Shown here piece after piece: positions 31,916 through 46,100 of a stretch of 64,000 bases of DNA. A program made the translations under genes and the position numbers. The stretch's first letter is position 1, and each line of letters opens with the position of its first letter. The notes below the pieces were generated by a model. It did no database searches. It was not told the DNA's origin and saw only the letters and a list, made by a program, of their open reading frames with translations. The DNA comes from Gekko japonicus (taxonomy: Eukaryota), in NCBI RefSeq assembly GCF_001447785.1, contig NW_015171503.1, forward strand, positions 124,001 to 188,000. The letters run 5' to 3'.

Positions 31916-32599
31916 TAAAGAGAGTAATACAGCTGCTCTCCTAGAATGGAACCAAGCAAGAGACATTTATTTCAACAGAACAATCCAAAACCTTTATTCA
32001 AGTTCTGAGACCAGCTGCCAATTCATCAGAGTCTCACATTGCCAAGTGCCTGGAATCACTTGAGAAATACAGTAACCTCTAGACCAGTGTTTCCTAACCT
32101 GTGTGTCAGGACCCAAAAGTGGGTTGCAAAACCTCTGAAAGAGGGTCATGGGCCAGCCCTCCCTAATGACCACTGTGCCCTTTCTATTGTTGTTTTCTGT
32201 ATTTTGGAAACCAAGATATGACCCTGGAAACAGTATCTTCCATGTCATATGTTAGTTGATATTTTTCCTTCACTGCATACATGTTGATCAAGTAAAACAT
32301 GTTCTGATGGATACTAGAACGTTTCTTAGAATCTTAGGGGGGGTTAGCGGTAATAATGGAGAAGAGAGTGGTAAAAAACTGGAATGCAACTTCCATATGC
32401 AACGGTTGTATATGCCGGACTGTCACTCGCTTGGGGTTCGTAGTGGGGGCAGCTGCGCCCTTTGAGTGACATTTGGTGGTTTCTCAGAAGCATCTGGTCA
32501 GCCACTGTAGAAAGGGGGATGCTGAACGGGACCAAGGTCATAGTTTCCCTAGGACGCAAAAAAATAAAAACTTGGGCCAGCCCTGGATGGGTCACCATA

Positions 32600-33750
32600 C
32601 CAAGCAAAATCGGACTTGAAGGTCACCAGACAGAAAAGGCTGGCAAACGCAGCTGTAGACCTAGCATGGAGAATCGTGAGGAAAGGCCTGCACATCGGGC
32701 CCAGGTCACAGCAGCCAGAAAGCAAAGCGGAAGGAACTTCCTTAGCATCAACCCCGTCTGCCCTGGGAGGACAGCTGTTCGCAAGAGCACCACCTCCAGG
32801 TACTTCAGCGCGAGTACGGCCCTTACCGTCAGCCGAGCCCCCTTACACAGAAAAACCCCAGCCGCCTCACAGCCTCGGAATGTCTGCAAGCGCTTCTTTT
32901 CCTCTCCCAGGCGCTTCAGCGCCGGAACTTCAGTGTGACCTCTCAGTCACGCCCAGTCTCCACCCCCAGAAGCACAATGGCCTAACGGCAAAGTACCACT
33001 AGGGGAAGCGCCTTGGTTCTTCACGCTCTACTCGGAAAGCCGAGGAACTAACCTAGACTTGACTCCGAGGATTCTTACCGCACCGTTACCAAATCAAGCC
33101 GCGCCCCCAAGACAATGTAACTCCGCCCACGCCCTCCATATTCTAGCCAATCGCCCGCGGCCAGACTCTCTCACATTGTCCTCATTTGCTCCGCCCACCG
33201 GAGCTCCGCCTTCCAGCGCTCAGCACCACTTCCCAGCAGAGGCGCAGTGACAGGCGGCGGAGGTGTCGGCTGTGAGGGGTGGCGCATGCGTGGAGGGGAC
33301 GTTCTCTTCCTCGACCCTCCTCCTCTCTTTGCCGTCCCTTCTGTCAGTTGGGTCATAACACCAGCAACTGCCGGAGAGCGGAGGGGCTGCAGGAGCCGGC
33401 TTGGCTGGGCTCTTCCTTTCCCTCCCGAGTCCCTCCATTAGGAGAGTCCCCGTCGCTCTCCTCCAGTCATCCCCCCACTCCTCTTCATGCCATGGACTCC
33501 CCTCCGATGCTGTACCCTGTGAAGCTCTACGTTTACGACCTGTCCAAGGGCATGGCTCGGCGCCTCAGCCCTATCATGCTTGGTAAGGGGGCGGGGGGGT
33601 GAGGAGAGGACGGAGACCCGCCCGCCGCCTCCGTCTCTGTCAGTTCTCCCTGGTACCTTTGCCCTAGTACTATGGCGGGGGGGAGGGGTGAGCGGGCAGG
33701 GTACCTCTCGGTCTTTCCCCCGGACGGGGAGGAAAAGAGATGCGAGCTTC
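32600..33750. promoter_or_regulatory. CpG island / bidirectional promoter of XRCC6 and DESI1
   Basis: GC boxes (ccgccc ~33123, ~33191), CCAAT ~33147, NRF1-like GCGCATGCG ~33282. Candidate XRCC6 non-coding exon 1 donor CG|GTAAGA on the minus strand at 33079/33078. Confidence 0.75.
33492..33582 (+). CDS. DESI1: DESI1 exon 1 (coding part)
   Basis: [30 protein letters not shown]; donor |gtaagg. Confidence 0.94.
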
Positions 33751-34091
33751 ATTCTCACCATCGAGGGATGGGGAGCATGCCTAATCTACAAAGGCTGATG
33801 CCCCAAAGTGATGGGAGGAGAGGAGCTGGTCTTTTCTGACCCCTTCTTTCTCCTCTCTGCATCCGTGTCCCAAAATGGGGGGGGGGGGCCTGGGGAAGAT
33901 GCTGGGCCCACCACTATCACCTCCAGGTAGCTTAACAAGGTTAGGCTTAGCGAACATGGTGACCGGGAGATGGAGGGAGTTTAAAATGAAAAAAACTTGG
34001 TAGCGGTGCCTCTTTCTGGGTGTCATGATGACAGAGAGCTATCTGTGCCTAATGCCCGGGGCCTGTTAAATGGGAAGCATCACACTTTCTT

Positions 34092-34125
<34 letters not shown>

Positions 34126-37100
34126 TGATTGAAGACAAAAAAAAAAAAGAGATCGCTATCATAGACTGTTTCCCCCAAAACCATATAAGTAGTAACTCTT
34201 TGAATAATTAGTAAACCCTTAAGTAAGGTGGCTCTCAGTATTTTAGAGATACAAATGTGTCCTGATTCACAATGGTGAAAGGTGGCTGAACTAGCAAGGT
34301 AAATTTATATGAGAATATCATCTCTGGTTTATAGCACTGAGCTTAAATAACACAATTTGAGATCCTGGGTTGTAAATCTTGTTTTCAGAACTATTTTCAG
34401 TGTTTGTATAGCTGTAAGGGGTTTTTAAGTTTTGACATTCCTGTGTCAAAGTCACTGGAATGCAAGACTTGTGCACCTAAATTCTATTGTGTATAATTCC
34501 AGAACAGTAGTTGTTTTAATTTGTGGCAGCAAAAAAATTATAAGGTGTGAAAAATGTTTTTTCCTTGTATATATCTGCCATGAATGGTAACTGCTTAGTC
34601 ATGTCAGCCTTTAACTTAGTCATGTGCACTTTAACTAGCTGGCATGCTTGCCAGTACTCTTCCCCCTCCTCCAGGGATGACTGTTGGCACTAAGTAATTT
34701 AAGCTTCTGTTGTGAGACTGGAAGAAGAGGGCTTGTTTTTAGGGAGATGATCTTGTACAATGTATCAGTTAATCTGCTTTCACTTGAAAGAAACTCTGAG
34801 CCTTCCCAAATCCATTCCTCATTGACGTTCCTGGTATTAAGTTACTTATGGAAGCAATCAATTTTGTCAGTTTTAACATGCATATAGTGCAAGTGTATAT
34901 AACAAATTTTAACCTGATTATTTCTTGCCTGCTGAAGTAATGAGAGAACGTCTGATTAAGATCTAGGGTCTTCTATCTGATAGGTACAGCTGTGTGGAGA
35001 GTGTCTCAAGCTTCCAGTCCTATGCTTTCTCACCTGGGAATAAGCCCTATTGAACTCTGTGTGACTTTCTTCTGAGTAAAGATTCATAAGTGAGGGCTGT
35101 CAATAAAATGAAATGCTGCCTCAATGGTGAACTGCTAATCTCCTCTAATTGTATTATCCCGTTTAGTAGAATGGTCAGTTCAGTAGTTGTGGTAGTTTAA
35201 GATATATCCTCACTTTAGACTTTATTAAAGATAACCAATTCCACTATAAAAACCGAGTTGCTCTGGATAAAGGAAGGTTGTCTTTAAATCTGTCCTGACC
35301 ACAACACATTGGGGACATTAGAGAGAGGAGAATGAAAAGCCACCTCTTATAACATCTTGTAAATGTATGTTTGCAAAACAGTAGAACACAGAGACTGAAA
35401 TGGGAAAGACTGTCGGCTATATGCCATGCAGGTATGCACAAGATACATCGAAAGGTACTGTGGGAGTTGCATAGATATGAGCAGAGATGCTGTATTATCT
35501 CTGCCTTTGTGTGAATCACAAAATCTTTTCAAAGAGAAGTGTTTGCTAAAGTAAATGCAGTAGGATTTGATGGGCTAGTTGCTAGATTAGAACTATGACC
35601 CCTTTGGCTTGTGTGTAGAGTAAGCATAGGTAGTGATCAGTTTCATTACTCTCTGTCAGCCTTCTTGTTCTATGAAGTATCTTTCCAAATTTGTATATTC
35701 TGTGTGATCTTCTGTATTTCCCTCTCTTGCTGTTGGTCCACTTATAAAGGAGGATAGGACTCCTGTACTATTATTAGTTGTATTTCAGCAGATTCAGCTT
35801 CTTGTGCAGAGGTGAGAATACTGCACTGGCCAAACTCTATCTTCCTGATATCTTTTTAAAAATATAAGTCTCCTATGAATCTCATTAATCTATTACGATA
35901 TTGTCAAATCTATCTTGTACTTAGAGTATTAATCCACTAACCAGTCCATGTCTCTTCACAATGGTCATAATCAAATAATTTTGTTACACAATTATACAGT
36001 GCTGCGCTTCTAGCTTCCCTTTTGTTGAAGTTTGGGGGGATGGGTTGCTGTCAAGTCACAGCCATCTTATGACAACCCCAAAGGGTTTTCAAGACAAGAG
36101 ACATTCAGAGGTGGTTTGCCATTGCCTGCCTTTGTGTAGCAAGGTCCCTGGGTTGTCTTGGTAGTCTCCCATCCACGTACTGACTAGGGCTGACCCTGCT
36201 TGGCTTCTGAGATCTGATGCGATTGGGATCACCTGGGCTATCCAAGTCAGGATTTGAAGCATTTATTTTAGACCATTTTATCTAAAAAATTTGTGGTGGA
36301 TGATAGAATTTTAAAAGCAACATAAAAGCTCAGACTTAGAGAAATGGTAAGCTCTAATTTGTGCCATCAGATCACACTGAAAGACTTTAATATAGTGCTG
36401 AAATAATTGCAGTTTTGCCTGGGACACAAGAGTTCTAGGGCACAAAGACCCCTCTCCCCAAGCCCTTGTTGTCTGAACATGGTTTTGCTAGTTGGGCAAA
36501 TTTAGCAGTTGTGATGGAAGTATAGCAGCGCTGACAGCCTGTTAGGTCCTTTGTGTACAAGCGAAACTTCTTTCAACTACATTTTAACCTTTCAGCAAAA
36601 TTTCCACAGGCCCATTTTCAATTACCTTGTGTACTGTCTGTGTATAATAGAGAGGGGAGATGTGTTTCTGTTTATTGCTACTGTACTTCTATTCTTTTCA
36701 ATGACTAGATGTGTACCCAATACAAGACATGGAGTACAGAGTTTCCAGTGAATCTGGGCACAAAAGGTGCCAATAGTAATTTACCTGCATTCCACACAAA
36801 ATGTACAATAACCAAGAAAAATGCTATCTGGAAAAGAATTATATTCTCCCAGGGAAAAAATTTTTGAGTTGCTATCTGGAAAAGAATTATATCTTCCCAG
36901 GGAAAATTTCTTGAGTGCTGGGGAAATGCAATTTACCTGTAACAAAGTACAATTTTTAAGGAAATTGTGTGGAAGTTGTCTCCCTCAAAAGCATGGTTTA
37001 TCGCCCCCACCAAAATTGTGTCCAAAAGCCCTTTATATATGATGTCTCTAAGCTATTTGGATTTTAGATACTGCCAGTGAAAAGCGGGATTGCTGGTGTC

Positions 37101-40100
37101 TCTGCTTTCCACCCACACACAAATCTCTGGGGAAGGCAAGAAACAAGAATAAGCTTGCATGAGTCTGCAGTGCATAAGCAAAAGCTTAGCTTTAAAAACT
37201 ATTCAGTGTGTGGGAGGTGCTTATATTGTGTGGCTGCTGTATGAAGTGACTATTGTGACACATTCATTGGTCACAGTGACAGGGCAAACTTCAGGATTGA
37301 ATATGAGAATGCAGCAGAGGGGTGAGTGGGAGGACCTTGATCCCCCCCCCCCAAAAAAACATGCCTTTTTGGAAATCCAAACGTGTTATATAGCTCTCTC
37401 TACAAATGAAAGTGAAATTACTTTAGAGTGTTTTGAAATAAAATTATTTCTGCTTTCAGGCCTTTATACAGGAGTCAGGTAGATATAGTTTATTTGATCC
37501 ATTGTGCTTTGATGATATTTTTTGTTTTCAGGGTGCTCTGTGCTCTTACACAAAATAATTCTGATTTTTATTTATCTCAAAAGTTTGCTAACTAACAGGT
37601 AGCTGGATATTTTTATTCAGGATGGCAACTATTCTTGTTCTCAGGCATAATTACATATTTTCAAATGAAGATTCCTTGCTGACTATTAGGCAGTTACAGA
37701 TTCTAGCAACATATTATGGGTGTGTCCAAATATTGTACATTTCTGGTTTGTGTTCAGTTGTCTCGGGCTTTATCCTACCACCCCGTGCAAAAAAAGTACC
37801 GTGTGTTCTGTTGATACAAGGCACATTGTGTCAGTACAACTCTTATGTAGGTGGAATGTGTGTAGTGCCCATAGAACACAGTACTCTAAGTTGCACACAG
37901 TTGTAGAATACAACCCATAATTTGTATTTAATATCAGTGCTTTAGAGCTGGTATTTTAATGTCAATTTAAAAGCCATATGGTTACCACTAAAGGAATCAC
38001 AGTAATAAAGATACAATCTAAAGCAAGAAAACTACTGTGAAACAAGACACTAAATACAGTAATGGAATTGTAATGAATTACTATAATTTTGTTACCACAG
38101 TCAGTTGAATAATTTAGCGTATATTTTATATCAAATGTCCCATCATGATAAAAAATACAATATCAAAATTGTAACTACCTACCACAAATTGAATATCATC
38201 AAGAATTAAGTCCATTCACAAATCCATTAGGAATTGCTCATGAATTTCTGGTTTATTCAGAGAAATATAATCTATGTTTTTTTCTAGAAAAATACTAGAG
38301 GCTTTATTAACATCAGTAAAGTACCTGAATGTCTGTCTTTTGAATTTTGCTGATTGATGCCACAGTATATAAAAATTGTGAAATTTACCATAAAGGATTC
38401 AGTAAGCCAGTTTGGCATTGCAGCTTTATGGCACTGAAGGGTATATTGTCCATGGCATATTTGGAAAATTAGTTTATGGATCTTTGTAAAGGTCTATCAT
38501 ATTCTCAGTTTTTACTTCAGGAAGACTTTGAAATGAGTGACATATCCGGAAACCTCGTCCTATAAACAATCTTGAATGGACTTTATTTGCATATTCCTAA
38601 TGGATTTGTGTATAGACCTATAAGCAATTTTCAATGGACTTTATATATTTGAAATGAATTTATAAATGGACTTTTGCAATAATTGTTGATGATATTCAGT
38701 TTGTGGTAGGAATGATGTTTGTTATACTTTAGATATTGTATTTTTGATCATGATGGGACATTTAATATAAAATATGCACTAAAATATTCAATTGATTGTG
38801 GCAACAAGTTTATTATAGTAATTTATTACAATTCCATTGCTGTATTTAGCATCTTATTTCACAGTAATTTAAAAGCCATATGTAGCACTAGAGAAGAGGC
38901 AATTTAAAATTATAAAGCTCCAGTATTTAAGATAAGCATTTGCACATTAATGTGGCTTTGATTTGGCTGATATGCATTTTTACTATATCCTTACCCCAAC
39001 AACTTGCTGTTAAACATTTTTTAAAACCCTGATTCTTAGGATTTTGCAGATAGGGATAAGCATTCCCATAGAAGACTTTCAGTAAAGCTACAATTTATGT
39101 CAAAATCAGAACCTGATAAACTCAGATCAGCAAATGTGCATGTAAAACTGTCAACATAATGGTTTTATGTAATGGTTACAGCTATCAAAACTCTTCTTCC
39201 ATGCCCTGCCCATTTCTGGTCCCCTGGTACACCATTGTAGATCTAATTGCAACACTAATACCATGTCACAGGTAACGACATTAGAAGAACAGGTGTTGTA
39301 CACCGCTTTCAACAGTTGTTTTTTCATTTTACTTTTGCCATCTTGCATAAGGCTCTAAATCTAGTTGTTCAAATATGGAATATTTCTGTTTTTGGTTTAA
39401 GTAATATTGGCACAATTCTTTTGGAACTCCTTTAATCAAACTTGACATTCAAGCTGCCTCCTACTACCCCATAAATCTTAATCAATGAGTACTTTCAGAC
39501 TGTTCATGAAACATTTCAACAGATACAAATTACCAAGGGTGGTTTTGTTCATGTGGTACATTGCTTTCTATATTTGTTATGAAAACATAGTGCTTTTTGT
39601 TGTAATGTTCTTTTTCTGGCATGGAGATTAACACAAATATTGGAGGAAACATCTGAATATCATATATGTATCATAAAGCTAAGGGGCATGTGTATCAAAA
39701 GCAAAATAGTAGCGATTTTCTGAACCAGTTATTGTACTCTCTCTGTTTGGATCAGAATGACAATTGACCATTGAGGCCAAAAGCATGATGTAGTGGTTGG
39801 ATCTGCCAACCTTATTATTAAATATATACAGGGCTTTTTTTGTAGAAAAAGCCCAGCAGGAACTCATTAGCATATTAGACCACACCCAATATAAGAAACT
39901 CATTAGCATATTAGGCCACACCCCCACGCCTTCCCTTGGATTGCCTGGGTGCCCCGCGGCTGCAGGAAGCCCAGGCAAGCTGGCCGTTGGACAGGCCGGG
40001 GAAGGCATGGGGAAGCATTTAAATGCCTCCCCGATCCTTCCAGGGGCCCCCCTGGCCCACCCGCCTTGGAGTCGCTGGGGGGGGGTCGCTCTCCAGGCCT

Positions 40101-43100
40101 TCCCTCTGTAGCCACACATGCAGAGTAGGCATGGCCAACTCTAAAGCCAGCCAGAACTCCATTCCTGTGCAGTCCTGCCCAAAAATATCCCTGAATATAT
40201 AAAAGCAGCCATGAGATGTGCAAAGTCTGAACAGAGCAGTAGTGCATCATCCTTTTCCCTTCCCTCCCATGTTTTTGAAGGTCATGAAGAAATTTCTGTT
40301 GGTACAAAATGCAGCAGCTTGACTATTGTTTGGGACTAGCTGCTTTGCACATGGTGCTGTCTTCTTGAAACTGCTACACTGATCTCTCTTCTGTTCTGGC
40401 TTCAGTTCAAGATGCTAGTTCTTATTGTTAAAGCCCTTCATCTGGGACTCACATACCTAAAGGACCATCTTTTCCAGTAGTTTTTCCTTCTATTCCCTTC
40501 CTCAAATATGTGAGAACTGCTTCTGCCTGGTCTTTTAAGACAGTGGTTCTTATTTTATGAAATGGTTGTCCTGATTGTTGGCCCCAAATCATCATGCAGA
40601 TTTATACATTTGCTTACAACAAAGTAATAAATTACTAGCCTTCCTATATGTGCAGCTTGAGTGAGAATTGGGAGCATGTTGCTGCCCTGAAAGGAGAAAG
40701 AACCAATTCACCTGAAGTTGTTAGGAAACTATTCTTACATGCTGTAGGCAAAAAGGGTTGCCAGCCGGCCTGAAGGAAAAAAGACATCCTGTTCCTTTAA
40801 TAAAGGCTTAATGTGTGGAAATGTGAAGTTGAAGCTTTTCATGGCATGGAGATAAATAATTTTACGAGGTAAGAACATCCCATTAAGCCACTATTAAAGA
40901 GGCGGGGCATTTTTTTCTCTAGGCAGTTTGCAGCTATCCAGGCAAGTAGTTACTTCCTAGCATGCAGGTTCTAATATTGTGTCTCTGTGTAGCTTTATGA
41001 CCTGTTAACATAACCTTTAAGGATTAGAGCGTGACCCATTGCCATCCAACCCATTGCCATCCCAGTCAATGCCCATAGTACTAACTTCACCAAAGGGAAA
41101 GAAATATATTATTTTTTCTGCTCTTTTATAGTGTCACTTGATGCTGTGTTTTGCTTGTAATGCAATGTGAATTAATAGCTGAGAGAGGTAACAGGTTGCA
41201 AGATTCTCAGTAGGTTCCTGTTTTCTCTCTTACATATACAGGGAAGCAGCTGGACGGCATCTGGTGAGTAACCAACATTAAAATGGGTGCTTAATAGTGT
41301 GTATGAAATGTTCCTGCTGTTGTTGTGCTGGAAAAAGCTATTGCATAGACCCTAATTTAGGTCATAAGTACTTTACCTGTCTCTTTCCTATATTGGAAAA
41401 CGGAGCCTCGGTTCTAGCAGTTAATTGTAATACGGGGTTGCCAAGAAGCTCGAAGAAAAAAAATGTGTGCCCCTTGAATGGAGGCACAATGTGTAGAAAT
41501 GGGCAGCTGAAGCTTTTTATGGTATGGAAGCAAAAGACATCACCACCTGGTAAATAACGTCCCATTAAGCCTCTATAAAAGGGACAGGACTTTTTTCTAC
41601 AGGCAGTTGACAGTTTTATACTTTAATCCAAAATATATGCTGAGTGTTACACAGAAGCCAAGAGGTCCTTGTTCAGGTTTTTTTCAGTGATAATTAAGAG
41701 TTTTAGTTTTGGCCATTGAAGGTATGAATGTTCAAAGTCAGCAACCCAGTATTGCCAACTATGGCTGGCAGCAGCTCTTGAGGGGCTGGGGCAGAAAAAG
41801 GTTTTTCTAGCAGCTGCCACCTGAAATAGGGTTGCCAAGTGCTTACCTGTTCCGGAGCGAGGGAGTCCAGCCTTGCTGCGGGAGTCTTCGCGCGTGCGCC
41901 ACAAGCACATCACACGGAAGCACATCGGGGACGTAGGGGGCGGGGCCACAATCATCCGAGGGAAAACCATAGAGTTTTCCCTCGGATGATTGTGGCCCCG
42001 CCCCCAACGTCCCCGACATGCTTGCATCACTTCTGTGTGACGTGCTTTGGGAGTGGGGTTCCCCCAGGGGGCCCAATCTGGCGGCGGCGGGGAACGGGCC
42101 TCCCGGGCAGGGGTTTCCCCGCCCCCCGGGGGGACTTGGCATCCCTAACCTGAAATAATTTTATATCTTGATGCCAGGGACTGAAACTGGAACCATCTAC
42201 ATACTTTATCAATGAGCCAAACTGTAAAAATAAAATATAAAATTGATTATTTATTTTTAAAGTTAAGGCTGCTGTGTTTGATATGATTTAAAAACTTCTT
42301 GATTTGGTTTGATTTGATTAAAAATGATCAATAAAAGCACTTGGAAAAATTACAGGTGTCAGCTACAAAAGGCAAAATCTTCTGCACTCATGGGAGACTG
42401 TATGCCTCTTTTGAGATGGTGTCTGCTTGTGACATTATAAAAATGGTTTTTTTTCTTCAGAACTTATTTTATTCATCATATTTTGTATGCTTAATCCCAT
42501 TAACTTTGCTAAACTATTTGATTTAGTAATATTCTAGGTAAGACGGTTTTTTATTATGTTTACTCATGATCCTATTTAATCTCTGTTTTCAACATGCTTT
42601 CTCCCTCATGATCCATTTTCAACACACATTCTCCCTGTTCCCCTGTCCCTCTCTTCTCAGGCACACCTCCATAATTGTCCACAGGGATGAATTTTTCTAT
42701 GGAAGTGGTGGAATCTCCAGTTGTCCACCTGTAAGTTTTTGATATTTTTATCTTTTCTAGCTCCACATCTCCTTGTAGGTTGCTGCATATCAATTTCTAT
42801 ACTTTAGAACATTAGCAAGTAAATGAGGTTGTTTGTTATATCTAGCACAATACCGTATACCACCATTAGATAACCAGTGTTGGTTGTCTAGTTAGAGTTG
42901 TCCATTAAGTTTTTGGCCAGGTGAAGCTAACTTAATTATTTTACCAGTACCAAGTCTTGGGGTGAGGGACTTAAAGCAGAAGATACCACTTTCTTAGTTT
43001 GTACTAGCTTATTTGGCTTACTTTCACCTCCTGGTTTTTGGTGTATATTGACGTTGCAATGAGATTTAAATGGTTTATTCTGATAGTTGACCAAGCTGAG

Positions 43101-46100
43101 GTCCAGAGTCCCCTGTACCCGCACACAAAAAAAAAATCAGAGTAGAAACCAAAGTTCATCTCTTTTTCCTGCCTTCTATTCCAGTTCAAGTTGGGGATGT
43201 GTGAGGGTTCTTTTGGAACTTACCACCACCATTAGAAATTATCAGTATATTGTCAATATGTTAGTCAGCACGAGCAATTTCTTTGGGGCACAGAAAATCA
43301 GTCCCCATTATGTATTTTCCATAAGACACTGAGCAATTCTGAAAATATTTATTTAGTGTCTTCTGGGGTATAAATTTCACAGGGTGGGACGTTGCTTGGG
43401 CCTCCAGACTCTATTGTAGACCTGGGATGTACAGAAGTTACAGAAGATCTTTTCCTGGAATACTTGGCCTCATTGGGGGAATCTATATTCAGGTAAGAAA
43501 ATGCTGAGAATGATACAGAAGAATGAAGACTTCTTGATACTGATTCCACAAGCATGTTATTTTTAAAAAAAAACTTTTTGGAGAGCCCAATGGCTATAAA
43601 GTTCTACAAAAAATTAAAATAAATATAGGAGATGTACTGTCTGCTTCAGAGTTCTTGTTGGAATCATTTGTACAAGCCATACATCCTTATATTTTGCTTC
43701 ATATTGTATGCTACAGATTAGGGGGGGTCTAATACTATATAGATATGGGAGAGGGGCAAAAAAAGGTACATGGGCAGCCATTCCAGTTATATTAAGGTTG
43801 ATCGGAAGCAAGTATCTTCCCATTTGCTTCCAAATGGAAATCACCTGCAACGCTCTTGTTGGGAGTTAAAGAATTCAAGAGACTATTATGTATCTTCCTT
43901 TTATCTCCCAACAAAAAATGCCAAAGTACAGTTTTTCGATAGCCTTGTAAGCCTGGGACTTTGTTGAAAGGCTCACAAAAGTGACAGTAAGCCTACTTGA
44001 CTTGCTCTCGGTGCTCTGATGTGGGAGGAGGGAGGTAAGAAGACATCTGCTTACCAAACTATCCACCTCTGTAAAGAACTCCAGGGTCAGGTCTTTCCAT
44101 TGCCTTCCAGAGCTCAGAATTGCAGGACTGGAGAGATTTGTCCTGTGCCTTCACCTCTCACCTGCCTGCCATGGGGTCAAACCCCATAGGCTGAATTTAC
44201 CAGGTTCAAGAGCTTAAGAGGGAAGTTCTCTCTCCCCCCCCCCCATTTTCAATGGTATTGCCAATGGGCCTGGGGAGAAATGTCCTGTTTCTTTAATAAA
44301 GGCTTAATGTGTGAAATAGGCAGTTGAATTTTTTTCATAGCAAGGGTATAAGTAACATCCCATTAAGCCTCTATTAAAGAGATGGGAAATGTTTTTTCTC
44401 CTGGAAGCTGGCAACTGCACTCTTCAGTCAGCAGCCTGCTAGAGGCTGAGCAATTCAGTTCCATAGAGAAGCATCTTCATGGGACTGGAGGAACAACATC
44501 ATTACGTGTCCTCCCATACCAGTGCTGTTTGGCAACTTCCCCACGAGGCTAAATTGTATTCTTGTGAGTTTAAAGGGTCCAGTTGCTGTTTCAAAGCTGG
44601 AGAACCAACAATTTGCCTCTTTGAAACTAGAAACTGTACTCTTATACCCAAACTGTTTCATAGAGCTTGGGGGGGGGGGGGCTAGCTCAAAATAAACTAC
44701 ATCATTGTGTGTACACACTTGTGCTAAGCCAATGATAACACATTGTACAGCAGTGGTTGATTGCCTTCTGTCTGGTGAGGTACTCTTTGAAATGTAATTT
44801 GGAACAATATCTCTGTTTACATAGCCATGGATTATCCTGTGCCAAGCACAGTCTTCTAGCTTTGAGGTTTTCTTTCCTCACCTCGTTGTTGAGGAACGGG
44901 GTGTCTTGAAACTTACTTTAAAGGGAATGATCTATTTCAAGGAGAATTATGTGTTCTTCCTGTACTGAAATAGGTCAGTTATTCATATGTGCTATAGAGA
45001 TGTGTAATTGCACGAGAAATCAGAAAAGCAACCATCATGCTGAACTCACTTGACTGTGCCATTGTTCTTGCCAGTTGGGGTACACAAAAGCCACAGAAGG
45101 GGAGAGGATAGGACCTAAGGATAGGCTGGTCTGCCAAGGCAGTCTTCATTAAGTAGTTTGTGAATTTAGGATTTCTGCACCAGCATTTTTTGTGGATAAC
45201 ATTTTGCCCATCTTAAGAGTAATACAGCTAGAACCACTCAAATTGAACTCTCTGTGGCATTTGCATTTCAGTTTAGATGCTGCAGAACAGTTGCAAGCTA
45301 AATCAATGTAGCACTGATCTGTGCTACATTATGTGGTTTTCTTACTGCAATATATGGCGCTAACTACATGCATGTTAGGGCTGACATGCAGATTTGTATG
45401 TTTTCCTTCTGGTTTTGTTAATAGCTGTTTAGGAGGGGGGATTTCCTGCTTCTTGGATCTAAATCACCCATCTTATCTGATTTGTAAAGATACTTGTACC
45501 CCTTAATGGGGATCCAAAGCAGCTTACAGTATCATCATCAATGCCTCCATTTGTCCTCACAACAACAATCCTGTGAAGTAAATGAGGGTGAGAGGATGAT
45601 GGCCCCAGGGTCAGACCACAAGTTTTCCATGGCAGAGTAAGAATTTGAAGTTGAGTTTCCAGATTTGAGTCCAGCAGTTCAACCACTAAACCATACTGGC
45701 TGTTTACTCTATAAAGTTCATAATGTTGGCAAATATGCATTTTGAATGCTGTGGGATGGGGGTGATTCAGAGCCAAAAGACTACTGGCATGGAAAGGGTT
45801 AAACAGCCCCTACTTTCTATTTTTCCACTAATTTTTTTTCTTCTCCTAAAACTTATTTTATTTTTAAAATTACATACCGGTACCGATAGGCACACTTGCA
45901 TGTAATGTGTAACTGATTTGAGTACGGTGAGGCTTATTGGGTTTTATGAACTTTATACAAGCTGTTTTAGTCCTTTTGAATGAAAAATTATTGTTCTCTG
46001 TTACTGATTTGCTGTCTCTCTTGTTCATTCTCTTTCCTGTGTTTGGACTTTTCTTTGGGGCTACAGAGGAGAATCTTACAATCTTTTTGACCATAACTGC

